Assembly: GCA_021798195.1 (NCBI GenBank)
Contig: JAJZYH010000004.1
Coordinates: 8,095 to 72,094 of the forward strand
Direction of reading: 5' to 3'
Origin: Thermoplasmata archaeon
Lineage (GTDB): Archaea > Thermoplasmatota > Thermoplasmata > Lutacidiplasmatales > UBA184
Length of the DNA stretch: 64,000 nucleotides
Both the position numbers and the translations under genes were made by a program. The first letter of the stretch is position 1. Every line of letters begins with the position of its first letter. Under the pieces are notes generated by a model. It worked only from the letters and a program-made list of their open reading frames with translations. It did no database searches and was not told the origin of the DNA. Below are positions 18,294 through 27,223 of this stretch, piece after piece.

Positions 18294-20888
18294 ATGGACG
18301 TTCACGAGTACGAGAACGAGTTCTTCTCCCGGAAGGGATTCCACCGGCAGGTCTGCTCCTCCTGCCACGAGGCGTTCTGGTCGGAGACCCCCCGGGAACG
18401 GTGCGCCGAGACGCCGTGCACGCCGTACTCGTTCGTGGGTAGCAGCCCCTTCCGGAAGTCCTACACCCTGGACGAGTTCCGGGAGTTCTACCTGGGATTC
18501 TTCGAGCAGCGGGGCCACGCGCGCATCCGGCGCTACCCGGTGGTCCCCCGGTGGCGGAACGACGTGATGTTCGTGCAGGCCTCCATCTACGATTTCCAGC
18601 CGTGGGTGACCTCGGGGGCCATGGAGCCCCCGGCGAACCCCCTCACCATCTCCCAACCCTGCCTGCGCTTCACGGACATCGAGAACGTGGGCGTCACCGG
18701 CCGCCACCTCACCGAGTTCGAGATGATGGCGCACCACGCCTTCAATCGCCCCGGCCACGAGGTCTACTTCAAGGCCCGTACCATCGAGCTCTGCCATGAG
18801 CTCCTGGTGAGCGAGCTGGGCGCCCCGGGGCCCGAGATCACCTACAAGGAGGAGCAATGGGAAGGGGGCGGGAACCTGGGCCCCTCGGTCTCCGTGGGGC
18901 TCCGGGGCCTCGAGGTGGCCACCCTGGTCTTCATGGAGTACGTCCGGGACGGGGACCACCTCAAACCCATGCCGCTCACCGTGGTGGACACGGGGTATGG
19001 CCTGGAGCGGTTCGTCTGGATGGCGCAGGGGACCCCCACCGTCTACGAGGCGATCTTCCCCGAGATCCTGGCGGAGCTCCCCTCCTCCCTCCCTCTCCCG
19101 GAGGCGGCGGTCCTCCTGGATCATGCCCGGAGCTTCCTGTTCATGTTCACCGACGGCGTGGTGCCTTCCAACGTCCGGGAGGGGTACCTGGCCCGCCTGC
19201 TCCTCCGGCGGATGCTGCGGATCCTCGCGAAGCGGCCGGAGGACCTCACCCTTCCGGACCTCGTGGATCGGGTGGCGTCCCGGCTCTCCCGCGCGTTCCC
19301 GGAGATCGGCGGGAATGTGCGCGGTTTGCACGAGGTCCTGTCCCTGGAGACCGAGCGGTTCCGGGAGGCACTGGACCGGGGCCGGCAGCAGGTGCGCCGG
19401 CTGGAAGCCCGGCGGACACGGGAAGGCGGGACGCTGGGGGTCGAGGACTTGGTGGAGCTCTACGACTCCTTCGGGATCCCTCCCGATGCCGTCCTCGAGG
19501 AGCTCCAGCATCCGGTCGCGGTGCCCCCGGACTTCTTCGCCCGGGTGGCCGCCCGGCACGAATCGGAACCCCCGGGAGGGGGCCTCGGGGGGGATGCCGA
19601 CTCCACCGCCCGGGGCGTCCCTGACCCCCCGCCCTCCCTGCCCGCCACGGAAGTGCTCTACTACACGGATCCCTACACCACCCGCTTCGAGGCGAAGGTC
19701 CTCTGGGCCATGGGACCCTTCCTCATCCTGGACCGTACCTACTTCTACCCCACGGGGGGCGGGCAGATCACCGACACGGGGACCATCCGGTCCGAGCCGG
19801 TGGTGGAGGTGATCCGGAAGGGGGGGTGGGTCTTCCACCGGTTGGAGCACGACCCCGCGGTCCCCTTGGGACCGGGAGAGATGGTCACGGGGATCATCGA
19901 CGCGGCGCGGCGCCGACAGCTCATGCAGCACCACACGGCCACTCATCTCCTCAACGGCGCGCTCCGACGGATCCTGGGCCCTCACGTGTGGCAGGCGGGA
20001 GCCTACAAGGGCCCGGAAGGGGCCCGGCTGGACGTCACCCACTACCGGGGCATCACCCCCGAGGAACTGCGGCAGGTGGAGCGCCTGGTGAACCAGGTGG
20101 TCCGGGAGGACCGGCCGGTCCGTAGCACGTTCCAGCCGCGGATGGAGGCCGAGGCCCGGTTCGGGTTCGGGCTCTACCAGGGAGGTGCCGTGCCGGGAAA
20201 GGTCCTGCGCATCGTGGAGATCGAGGATTTCGACGTGGAGGCCTGCGGAGGAACCCACTGCACGCGCACGGGGGAGGTGGGATTCGTGAAGGTGTTCTCC
20301 ACGGAGCGGATCCAGGATGGGATGGTCCGCCTCCATTTCGCGGCGGGGGATCGCGCGCTGGAGGTGGTGGACCAGCACGAGGGCATTCTCCGCGAGCTTT
20401 CCCAGCGGCTCGCCGCTCCCGTGGACGGGCTCCCGGAAGCCATCACGCGTCTGGAAGAGCGCCTCAAAGCGGCCCAGAGGACGGCCCGGAGCGCGGGAGC
20501 CGAGGATGTGAAGGAGATCGCCCGGACCCTCCGGGGGTCCCCGGAGCACATGCGGACGCTCTCCGGTGGGACCCACGCGGCCGTCGTGGCCCGGGTGGCG
20601 CTGGGCCGGGAGGGGCTCAAGGAGCTGGCCCGGGACCTCACCTCCGACGGCAAGGGAGTGGCCCTCCTCGCCGGAGAGGACTCGTCGGGTTCCGCCTACC
20701 TTTTCTTCGCGTCGGGGGACCCGAAGCGCTACTCGGCGAAGGGACTGCTCCAGGCCGCCCTCGAAGTGTGGCGGGGACGGGGAGGCGGGAACGATTCCGC
20801 CGCCACCGCCAGCGGCCCCGGGGGCCCGGATGTGGACCGGGCCCTCGAAGCGGCCTGGACGAGGGTGAGGGACGGACGCAACCCCTGA
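18294..20888 (+). CDS. alaS: alanyl-tRNA synthetase (archaeal type)
   Basis: Class II core, editing domain (HTATHLLN...CGGTHC) and a C-terminal DHHA1-like region. Start MDVHEYENEFF. Confidence 0.9.
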   Translation: MDVHEYENEFFSRKGFHRQVCSSCHEAFWSETPRERCAETPCTPYSFVGSSPFRKSYTLDEFREFYLGFFEQRGHARIRRYPVVPRWRNDVMFVQASIYDFQPWVTSGAMEPPANPLTISQPCLRFTDIENVGVTGRHLTEFEMMAHHAFNRPGHEVYFKARTIELCHELLVSELGAPGPEITYKEEQWEGGGNLGPSVSVGLRGLEVATLVFMEYVRDGDHLKPMPLTVVDTGYGLERFVWMAQGTPTVYEAIFPEILAELPSSLPLPEAAVLLDHARSFLFMFTDGVVPSNVREGYLARLLLRRMLRILAKRPEDLTLPDLVDRVASRLSRAFPEIGGNVRGLHEVLSLETERFREALDRGRQQVRRLEARRTREGGTLGVEDLVELYDSFGIPPDAVLEELQHPVAVPPDFFARVAARHESEPPGGGLGGDADSTARGVPDPPPSLPATEVLYYTDPYTTRFEAKVLWAMGPFLILDRTYFYPTGGGQITDTGTIRSEPVVEVIRKGGWVFHRLEHDPAVPLGPGEMVTGIIDAARRRQLMQHHTATHLLNGALRRILGPHVWQAGAYKGPEGARLDVTHYRGITPEELRQVERLVNQVVREDRPVRSTFQPRMEAEARFGFGLYQGGAVPGKVLRIVEIEDFDVEACGGTHCTRTGEVGFVKVFSTERIQDGMVRLHFAAGDRALEVVDQHEGILRELSQRLAAPVDGLPEAITRLEERLKAAQRTARSAGAEDVKEIARTLRGSPEHMRTLSGGTHAAVVARVALGREGLKELARDLTSDGKGVALLAGEDSSGSAYLFFASGDPKRYSAKGLLQAALEVWRGRGGGNDSAATASGPGGPDVDRALEAAWTRVRDGRNP

Positions 20889-21127
20889 GGGCACGCCGGG
20901 CGGACGCGGAAGGCACCCACATCCATACGGACCGGGAGGTGACCTCCGAGGGCTGGAAGGCCACGATGGCCTTTGGGCGGGGTTCCCGCGGGGCCCGGAT
21001 GAGCCCTCCGGGGGGATCGGGGGCTCCCAGCGGACCCCGTGGGATCAGTATCCGTGTGGATGCCTGCGGGAGCCTCGCACCGGGCTCGCCCGGCCCCTCA
21101 AGATTCCGAAGTGGAGTCCCGGCGACC

Positions 21128-21140
21128 CCCAAGCTTATAA
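21128..21140 (+). promoter_or_regulatory. putative archaeal BRE/TATA box upstream of the KaiC/GvpD-like paralogue B
   Basis: caAGCTTATAAGAgg lies about 50 nt upstream of the ATG at 21189. The predicted TSS is about 25 nt before the start codon. Confidence 0.3.
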
Positions 21141-21188
21141 GAGGGCCTTTCCCTTGGAAACGTATCGGCTCTTCGGAGTATTCCCGAA

Positions 21189-22733
21189 ATGGAAGCCAAC
21201 ACGCGTCAGAACCTCGGAATGCCCCCCGAGGTCATTGATTTTCTCAATGGACGTGGGGGCCGGTCCCTCATCGTCAAGGGAGGGGCCGGGACCGGAAAGA
21301 CGACCTTCGGCCTGGAGCTCCTGGAGAAGCTGGGACGCCCCGGACAGAGCTTCTACCTCTCCACCCGGGTCTCCGATGACGCGCTGTACCGGCAGTTCCC
21401 GTGGCTCCGCGGAACCGAGATGCGGGCCCGCATCTTCGACGCGGGGAAGATGTTCCTGGAGACGCTCATGGCGCGGGAACGGGAAGTTCCCACCGAACCG
21501 CCCGCAGAGGTCAAGGAGAAGATCTCCACGGCCCGGGATTTCCTCAAGAGCATCGGACAGGAGCAGGCCCCCCCCACCAAGGTGGACCGGACCCAGCTCA
21601 CCGCGCTCCTCAAGCACACCCGGATGCCCGAGGTGGAGCACATGTACGACCGGGTCGAGGGCGTGCTCCCCGAGAAGGCGCTCCTCGTGGTGGACTCCCT
21701 CGAGGGGGTGACGCACAAGTACGGACTCGAGATGGAAGAGTTCGTGATGTGCCTGCAGAAGGACCTCGCGGAGAACTCCAACACCAACGTGGTGATGATC
21801 CTGGAGAAACCCGAGGCCGGAGGGATCGAATACCTCGTGGACGGTCTCCTCTCGTTCTCCCGGGAGGAATGGGAGGAGCGCCGGGTCCGGCACATGCGGC
21901 TCGACAAGCTCCGGGCCACCGCGATCCCAAGGCCCCGGTATGCGGTCACCCTGGCGGGGGGCCGCTTCCAGGCCCTGGGCATCTCCAACCAGCGGGTCAC
22001 CACCGGCCCCGCGAGCACTCCGTGGACTTCGGTACGGGACCCTCCTCGCTACTATTCCACGGGGATCCCCGACTTCGATTCCCTCCTGGGCGGCGGCTAC
22101 CAGACGGGCTCCTACAACGGGTTCGAGATCGACGTGAACGTCTCCATCGACGACTATTACCTCCTGTTCGTGCCCGCCTTCCTGAACTTCCTGTCGCAGG
22201 GACGGGGGATCATGGGGATCCTCGCGGGCGGCGAGTCGCCGGAACGGCTCCGGCAGATCCTCACGGCGTACATCCCCCCCGAAACGTTCGACAACCGGGT
22301 CCGCTTCACCGATTATTTCAACACCGAGAGTTCCCTGCCGTACGTCCTCCCGTTGGGTCGGGTGGGCCGGGAGGATGCCATCCGGACCCTTTCGGTGGCC
22401 GACCGCGCCGTCCGGGGGGCGGATCAGAAGCCCATCATGGAGTATACCGCGTTCGACACTCTGGAGTACCTCCAGGGGGACGCCCCGGCCATCCGCGGCC
22501 TGTTCATCGGGATGGAACGGACCAAGCTCCGGGGAGACGTGGGGATCGGTCTCCTGAAGCCCGGGCTCGTGGTAACGAGCGAGATCATCAACATGATGGA
22601 TACGTACTTCCGGGTCGTGAAGATCGACAACAGTCCATGCATCTACGGGATCCGGCCCCGGACGATGATCTACTCCATTTCCATCGACTCCCGCAAGGGG
22701 GTACCGTACACCACCCTCACCCCCATCGTCTAG
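21189..22733 (+). CDS. KaiC/GvpD/RAD55-like RecA-superfamily ATPase, two-domain, paralogue B
   Basis: Walker A GGAGTGKTTFGLELL. C-terminal ...IYGIRPRTMIYSISID... parallels paralogue A. About 514 aa. Confidence 0.55.
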   Translation: MEANTRQNLGMPPEVIDFLNGRGGRSLIVKGGAGTGKTTFGLELLEKLGRPGQSFYLSTRVSDDALYRQFPWLRGTEMRARIFDAGKMFLETLMAREREVPTEPPAEVKEKISTARDFLKSIGQEQAPPTKVDRTQLTALLKHTRMPEVEHMYDRVEGVLPEKALLVVDSLEGVTHKYGLEMEEFVMCLQKDLAENSNTNVVMILEKPEAGGIEYLVDGLLSFSREEWEERRVRHMRLDKLRATAIPRPRYAVTLAGGRFQALGISNQRVTTGPASTPWTSVRDPPRYYSTGIPDFDSLLGGGYQTGSYNGFEIDVNVSIDDYYLLFVPAFLNFLSQGRGIMGILAGGESPERLRQILTAYIPPETFDNRVRFTDYFNTESSLPYVLPLGRVGREDAIRTLSVADRAVRGADQKPIMEYTAFDTLEYLQGDAPAIRGLFIGMERTKLRGDVGIGLLKPGLVVTSEIINMMDTYFRVVKIDNSPCIYGIRPRTMIYSISIDSRKGVPYTTLTPIV

Positions 22734-23182
22734 GGAAGCGCCCGCCGGCGGGCGGGGGCTCCCCGGCGAGGGGGTGCTACGATGGCGTCGGCCTCGATCT
22801 CCACCCGCATGGCGGGATCGATGAGCCGGGAGACCTCCACCATGGTGGTGACCGGCGGGTGGGCTCCGAAGAACTCCCGGTGGGCACGTCCGATCTCCTT
22901 CCAGTCCTCGATCCGCGTCACGTACATGCGGGTCCGGACCACATCCCGGAGGCTCGCCCCCAACCGCCCGAGGGCGCTCTTTAGGTTCGTGAGGGCCCGG
23001 AACGCCTGGCGGTAGGGGTCCCCCTCGCCCTCCACCGACCCATCCGGTCCGGTGGCCGTGGTGCCGGACACAAAGACGAAGCGGCCCACCCGGAGGGCAC
23101 GGCAATACCCCACGGCATCCTCCCAGGGGGTACCGCTCGCGACCCTCCGGACCCGCGAAGGAAAGCGCGGTGGACGGGTCAT
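22730..23182 (-). CDS. ridA: RidA/YjgF (L-PSP endoribonuclease / enamine deaminase) family protein
   Basis: FVFVSGTTATGPDG...PVTTMVEVSRL...VEIEADAIV. A 4-nt convergent overlap with the preceding gene. Confidence 0.75.
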   Translation of the reverse strand: MTRPPRFPSRVRRVASGTPWEDAVGYCRALRVGRFVFVSGTTATGPDGSVEGEGDPYRQAFRALTNLKSALGRLGASLRDVVRTRMYVTRIEDWKEIGRAHREFFGAHPPVTTMVEVSRLIDPAMRVEIEADAIVAPPRRGAPARRRALP

Positions 23183-23215
23183 GGTCCGCGGGGATGTACG
23201 GGACAGGAAAAGGGT

Positions 23216-23524
23216 TCAGGGGGTCCGCGATCGGGCCCGCGACCTCCGGGCCTGGATCCGGATCGATTCCCGGATGAGCCATCGAGCGAGGGAGGCCGCC
23301 TGGCGTTGGGGGATCCCCCAACCGGATAGGCTCTGGATCCAGCGCATCACCACCTTCTCCTCCACCCCATGGTCGCGAAGGGGGAGCCCTTGGTCCTGCT
23401 TCATCCGCCCGATGGCCACGGCGAGCCGGAGGCGCCGGAAGAGAGCTCGCTGCAACTCCCGGTCGACGCGGGCCACCTCGCCCCGCAAGCGGCAGATCTC
23501 CGAAACGGAACCCGGACGGCTCAT
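23216..23524 (-). CDS. AroQ-class chorismate mutase (small, all-helical)
   Basis: About 100 aa. ICRLRGEVARVDRELQRALFRRLRLAVAIGRMK matches the CM_2 helix 1. Confidence 0.55.
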   Translation of the reverse strand: MSRPGSVSEICRLRGEVARVDRELQRALFRRLRLAVAIGRMKQDQGLPLRDHGVEEKVVMRWIQSLSGWGIPQRQAASLARWLIRESIRIQARRSRARSRTP

Positions 23525-23880
23525 GGCCCGGAGTTCCTCCCCGGGGGATGCGGGGCGTTGAACAAGCTAGACGCTTCGCTGAACATGGAACAGGGCGGGC
23601 CCCTACGTGAGGTGGCCCGCCGTCAGGGATATCGAGCCCCGAGGCACGCTCCGGTGGATTCCGGAAGGGATCCAGGGCGCACCATGGGTACGGGTCAGGG
23701 AGGGGGGCTCCCATATTCATCCTTTTTGGGAGGGTGCACATAGGGGTGGGCGGGGTTTGCGTACCGGAACGTCGTACAGAGTTGGGGATCGCGATCCAAC
23801 GGGGGATCCGGCGAAAGTTTGTCGACGTGAACCCGGCAAGAAAGGAAAGACTAAGTGCGTCCGGGGCATAGGCCCCACCC

Positions 23881-24150
23881 ATGGTGGATTCATCGGTATC
23901 CAATGGAATGCGTTGGTTGCCCACCGTTTTGGCCTTCACCGTAGGGATCGCGATCCTTGCGGTGGGTGCCTACCTGCTCGTGGAGTCGATGTGGCTCTTG
24001 TCCGCAGGCGATGTCAACGCAGGCAACTTCCTGGGGCCCATCGGATTCATCTCCCTGGTCCTTGGAGGGGCCATCGCAGTGGCCTCCCTGGTGAACTCCC
24101 TCCAGGTACGGCGGAAGTATCTCTCCGGACCGGCCGACACACCGACTTGA
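23881..24150 (+). CDS. small two-TM membrane protein, hypothetical
   Basis: Two hydrophobic helices (LPTVLAFTVGIAILAVGAYLLV; IGFISLVLGGAIAVASLV). No homology inferred. Confidence 0.3.
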   Translation: MVDSSVSNGMRWLPTVLAFTVGIAILAVGAYLLVESMWLLSAGDVNAGNFLGPIGFISLVLGGAIAVASLVNSLQVRRKYLSGPADTPT

Positions 24151-24869
24151 ACCGCCCCCATTCAGACGGGCCCCCGGATCCCGGCCCGTTCCGTCACGTG
24201 GGCGCCATTGGGCCACAGGCATCCCGAAGTGCGCGGTATCCACCGGGTTGAGCGGGAAGCAAGCGATGACCGGGCTCCGGTACGTGCGGAAGTGAGTCTC
24301 AGGGAGGGACCGGGTTTCAACGGCGCGGAGGATCCAAGAGGATTGCCCGTCCTCTCCCTCCGATCCATCTCCGACGACCTTTTAGCCCCCCCGGGGCGTG
24401 CGCGGGCCATGCCGAAGGTGGAAGATCTCTTCTGGGCCACCGGTGGAATGCTTCGGCATGGGAGATCCCGCGGCGCTCTTGTCCCCGATACGGTGGAGGT
24501 CCGGAAGGATACCACGGCTATCCGACCCCTTCCCCCGGGGGGCGAAGGGATTTCCGTCCAACCCCCCGGGAATTTTTTCCCCCGGATGGCGGGTCTCCCC
24601 GAGCCATTTCGCGGGGTGGCGATGGCAGGGAATCGGGTGCGGAGGCCATCGGAGGAAGTGCTGCTCCTCCGAGGACCGGGCCTGGGAATCCGACCAGCCG
24701 CCCTCGAGACATCCCGGGATTTGCTCGGGTCGACGTTCGCCCTGGAACGGGGGCTGGACGGGACACGAACGGCGGAGATACCGGTCTCCAGAGATTCCCG
24801 GGCTCGTCGGATTGGACGGAGGAATGGACCAGGGGCGTGCTCCAAGAGCCGGACGGGGGGCCGCGGAAG

Positions 24870-25823
24870 ATGATGGATCCGGCTCGGTTCGTCTCCGAGG
24901 CGGTGGAGGCCGTGCGCGCCGCGGTGCCGGAACCCCACCGGGCCCTCGTGGCGGCCTCGGGTGGGATCGACAGCACCGTGGCCGCGGTGATCGCGCACCG
25001 GGCGCTGGGCACCCGGGCGGTGGCCCTGTTCGTGGACACGGGCCTCCTGCGCAAGGGGGAGGCGGCCCGGACGGCGGAGATCTTCTCGGAGGTGGGAGTT
25101 CCCTACCGGATCGTTCCGGCGGCTCCCCGCTTCTTTTCGGCCCTCGCGGGCATCCTGGACCCCGAACGGAAGCGGAGGGCCATCGGGGAAGCGTTCATCC
25201 GGGTCTTCGAGGCGGAGGCGGCCACGGAGAAGGCGGATTTCCTGGTGCAGGGGACCATCGCACCGGACTGGATCGAGAGCGGGGGGAGCCTGAGGGACAC
25301 CATCAAAACGCATCACAATGTGGGAGGGCTGCCGGCCACGATGAGCCTCAAGGTGGTGGAACCGCTCCGGGACCTCTACAAGGACGAGGTCCGGAGCGTG
25401 GCCGCCCACCTGGGGATACCCCGCTCGGACCGGCAGCCGTTCCCGGGCCCCGGGCTCGCGGTCCGGGTGGCGGGGGAGGTCAGTCCTCCCCGGGTGGAGA
25501 TCGTACGGGAAGCCGGCGCCATCGTGGAGGAGGAAGTGGATCGGGGGGTTACCCAGGGGGCGTTCCCACGTCCCTGGCAGTACTTCGCGGTCCTCCTGCC
25601 CGTCCAGACGGTGGGCGTGACGGGGGATTCCCGGCGCGTGGGGGAGGTGATCTCGGTCCGTGTGGTGACCAGCCGGGATGCGATGACCGCCACCTTCACC
25701 GAGCTCCCCTACGACCTGCTGCGACGGATCTCGGAACGGATCACCCGGGAGGTCGCCGGGCGGGTGGTCCGCGTCCTGTATGACGTCACGGACAAACCTC
25801 CGGCGACCATCGAGTGGGAATGA
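24870..25823 (+). CDS. guaAB: GMP synthase [glutamine-hydrolysing] subunit B (ATP pyrophosphatase subunit of the split archaeal enzyme)
   Basis: PP-loop ALVAASGGIDSTVAA and a C-terminal dimerisation domain ending ...PPATIEWE. The 317-aa size fits the stand-alone subunit B. Confidence 0.8.
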   Translation: MMDPARFVSEAVEAVRAAVPEPHRALVAASGGIDSTVAAVIAHRALGTRAVALFVDTGLLRKGEAARTAEIFSEVGVPYRIVPAAPRFFSALAGILDPERKRRAIGEAFIRVFEAEAATEKADFLVQGTIAPDWIESGGSLRDTIKTHHNVGGLPATMSLKVVEPLRDLYKDEVRSVAAHLGIPRSDRQPFPGPGLAVRVAGEVSPPRVEIVREAGAIVEEEVDRGVTQGAFPRPWQYFAVLLPVQTVGVTGDSRRVGEVISVRVVTSRDAMTATFTELPYDLLRRISERITREVAGRVVRVLYDVTDKPPATIEWE

Positions 25824-25929
25824 ACCGCGGAGATGGGCCCGGAGACCCCGGCCTCAGCCTTGGACCAAGATTTAAGAGGCATGGCGCACCCATCCTGGTA
25901 GCACAGGGGTCGAGAGGCCCGTTGCGCCC

Positions 25930-26847
25930 ATGAGCGATGAAGTAGTCCCCGGGGCGGTCTGCCCCGGTTGCGGATCCCGTCGGGCGGTCCAGGATGGGCG
26001 GACCGGAGAGCGCCTTTGCCCCCATTGTGGATACGTCCTGGATCCCGTTGCGCTGGACACCGGCCCGTCGTTCCCCCGCGGGGCGGTCACCGGGGAGCCC
26101 GCCTCCGGACACGGTCCGGGCCAGGCCCCGTATTCCCCCCGCCGCCCCGAGGGGACCGTCTTCCACGGGAGCCGGGACGGGCAGGGACACGTCCTTTCGT
26201 CCGCGCGGCAACGGGAGTTCCAGATCCTCCGGCGCCGGGAACGGGAAGGGGAGCACCGCCGCATGCACCACCCCGGGACGAGCCAGAGGGGGCAGCAGAT
26301 CGTGCACCAACTGGTGCTGACCATGGCGCTCCCCGAGCTCATCGAGGAAGCGGCGCTCCTGGTCCTTCGGAAGGGGGGCGAGTCCCATCTCTTCCGGGGT
26401 CGCTCCGCGTCCGCGGCGGCGGCGGCGAGCGTATACGCCGCGTGCCGCCGCTACTCCCTGCCCACCACGTGGACGGAGATCTCCCGGGCGGCGGGGATCA
26501 GCCGCGCCGACTTCGGGCGGGCCTACATGGCGCTGCGGCGCGGGCTGAACCTGGACCTGCCCCCCGTGGGGCTCGGGAGCTACGTCCGCCGGTTCTCCAC
26601 CGAACTCAAGCTCTCCGCCACGACCACCGGACGGGCGCTCCACATGGTGAACTCGGCGAACGGGCATCCGGATTCCTCGGGCATCTCCCCCAATGGCCTC
26701 GTGGGCGCCGCCCTCTACATGGCCAGCATGGAATGCCGGGAACCGCGCCGCCAATCGGAGGTGGCCCGGGTGGCCCAGGTCACCGACGTGACGCTGCGGC
26801 ATGCCTTCCGTCGCCTGGCCAAGATCCTGGGGAAGGGACCCGGGTAA
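25930..26847 (+). CDS. tfb: transcription initiation factor TFB (TFIIB homologue)
   Basis: N-terminal Zn ribbon CPGCGS...CPHCGY followed by two cyclin-fold repeats (ASVYAACRRY..., LVGAALYMASMEC...). A Gly/Pro-rich insertion sits between the ribbon and the core. Confidence 0.8.
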   Translation: MSDEVVPGAVCPGCGSRRAVQDGRTGERLCPHCGYVLDPVALDTGPSFPRGAVTGEPASGHGPGQAPYSPRRPEGTVFHGSRDGQGHVLSSARQREFQILRRREREGEHRRMHHPGTSQRGQQIVHQLVLTMALPELIEEAALLVLRKGGESHLFRGRSASAAAAASVYAACRRYSLPTTWTEISRAAGISRADFGRAYMALRRGLNLDLPPVGLGSYVRRFSTELKLSATTTGRALHMVNSANGHPDSSGISPNGLVGAALYMASMECREPRRQSEVARVAQVTDVTLRHAFRRLAKILGKGPG

Positions 26848-26871
26848 GGTGAGCCCCTCCCGGCGCGTCCC

Positions 26872-27090
26872 ATGCCCGAACCGGAGACCGTCTCGGTGAA
26901 GATCCCCCGGGACCTCGCGGCGCGCCTTGAGGGACGCATCGCAGCCACGGCCTTCCGGAACCTGGACGAGTTCGTGGCGTATGCCCTGGCCCGCCTCGCG
27001 GAAGGAGATCCCAAGGACGGGGAAGCGCTGAGCCCCGAGGACGAACGGAGGGTCAAGGAGCATCTCCGGGCGCTGGGCTATCTCGATTGA
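26872..27090 (+). CDS. ribbon-helix-helix (CopG/Arc/MetJ-like) small DNA-binding protein
   Basis: VSVKIPRDLAARLEGRIAATAFRNLDEFVAYALARL is a beta-strand followed by two helices, typical of RHH. 24 nt downstream of tfb. Confidence 0.5.
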   Translation: MPEPETVSVKIPRDLAARLEGRIAATAFRNLDEFVAYALARLAEGDPKDGEALSPEDERRVKEHLRALGYLD

Positions 27091-27223
27091 CCCGATGGCG
27101 GGAGGGAACGGGTTCGGGGAGGCGAGGACGGATGTGCGGGGGTTGGGCTCCCACAATCCATCGCCCGTGGGACACGGGGCGTAGCCTCAGAGAAGGGGCC
27201 CCCCCCGGAGGAGGCGATCCGCC

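Noticed and set aside
18261-20894. 877-aa minus-strand ORF
   Set aside because: Antisense to alaS.
21135-23939. 934-aa minus-strand ORF
   Set aside because: Antisense to the KaiC/GvpD-like gene and overlaps the RidA and chorismate-mutase genes in another frame. Low complexity.
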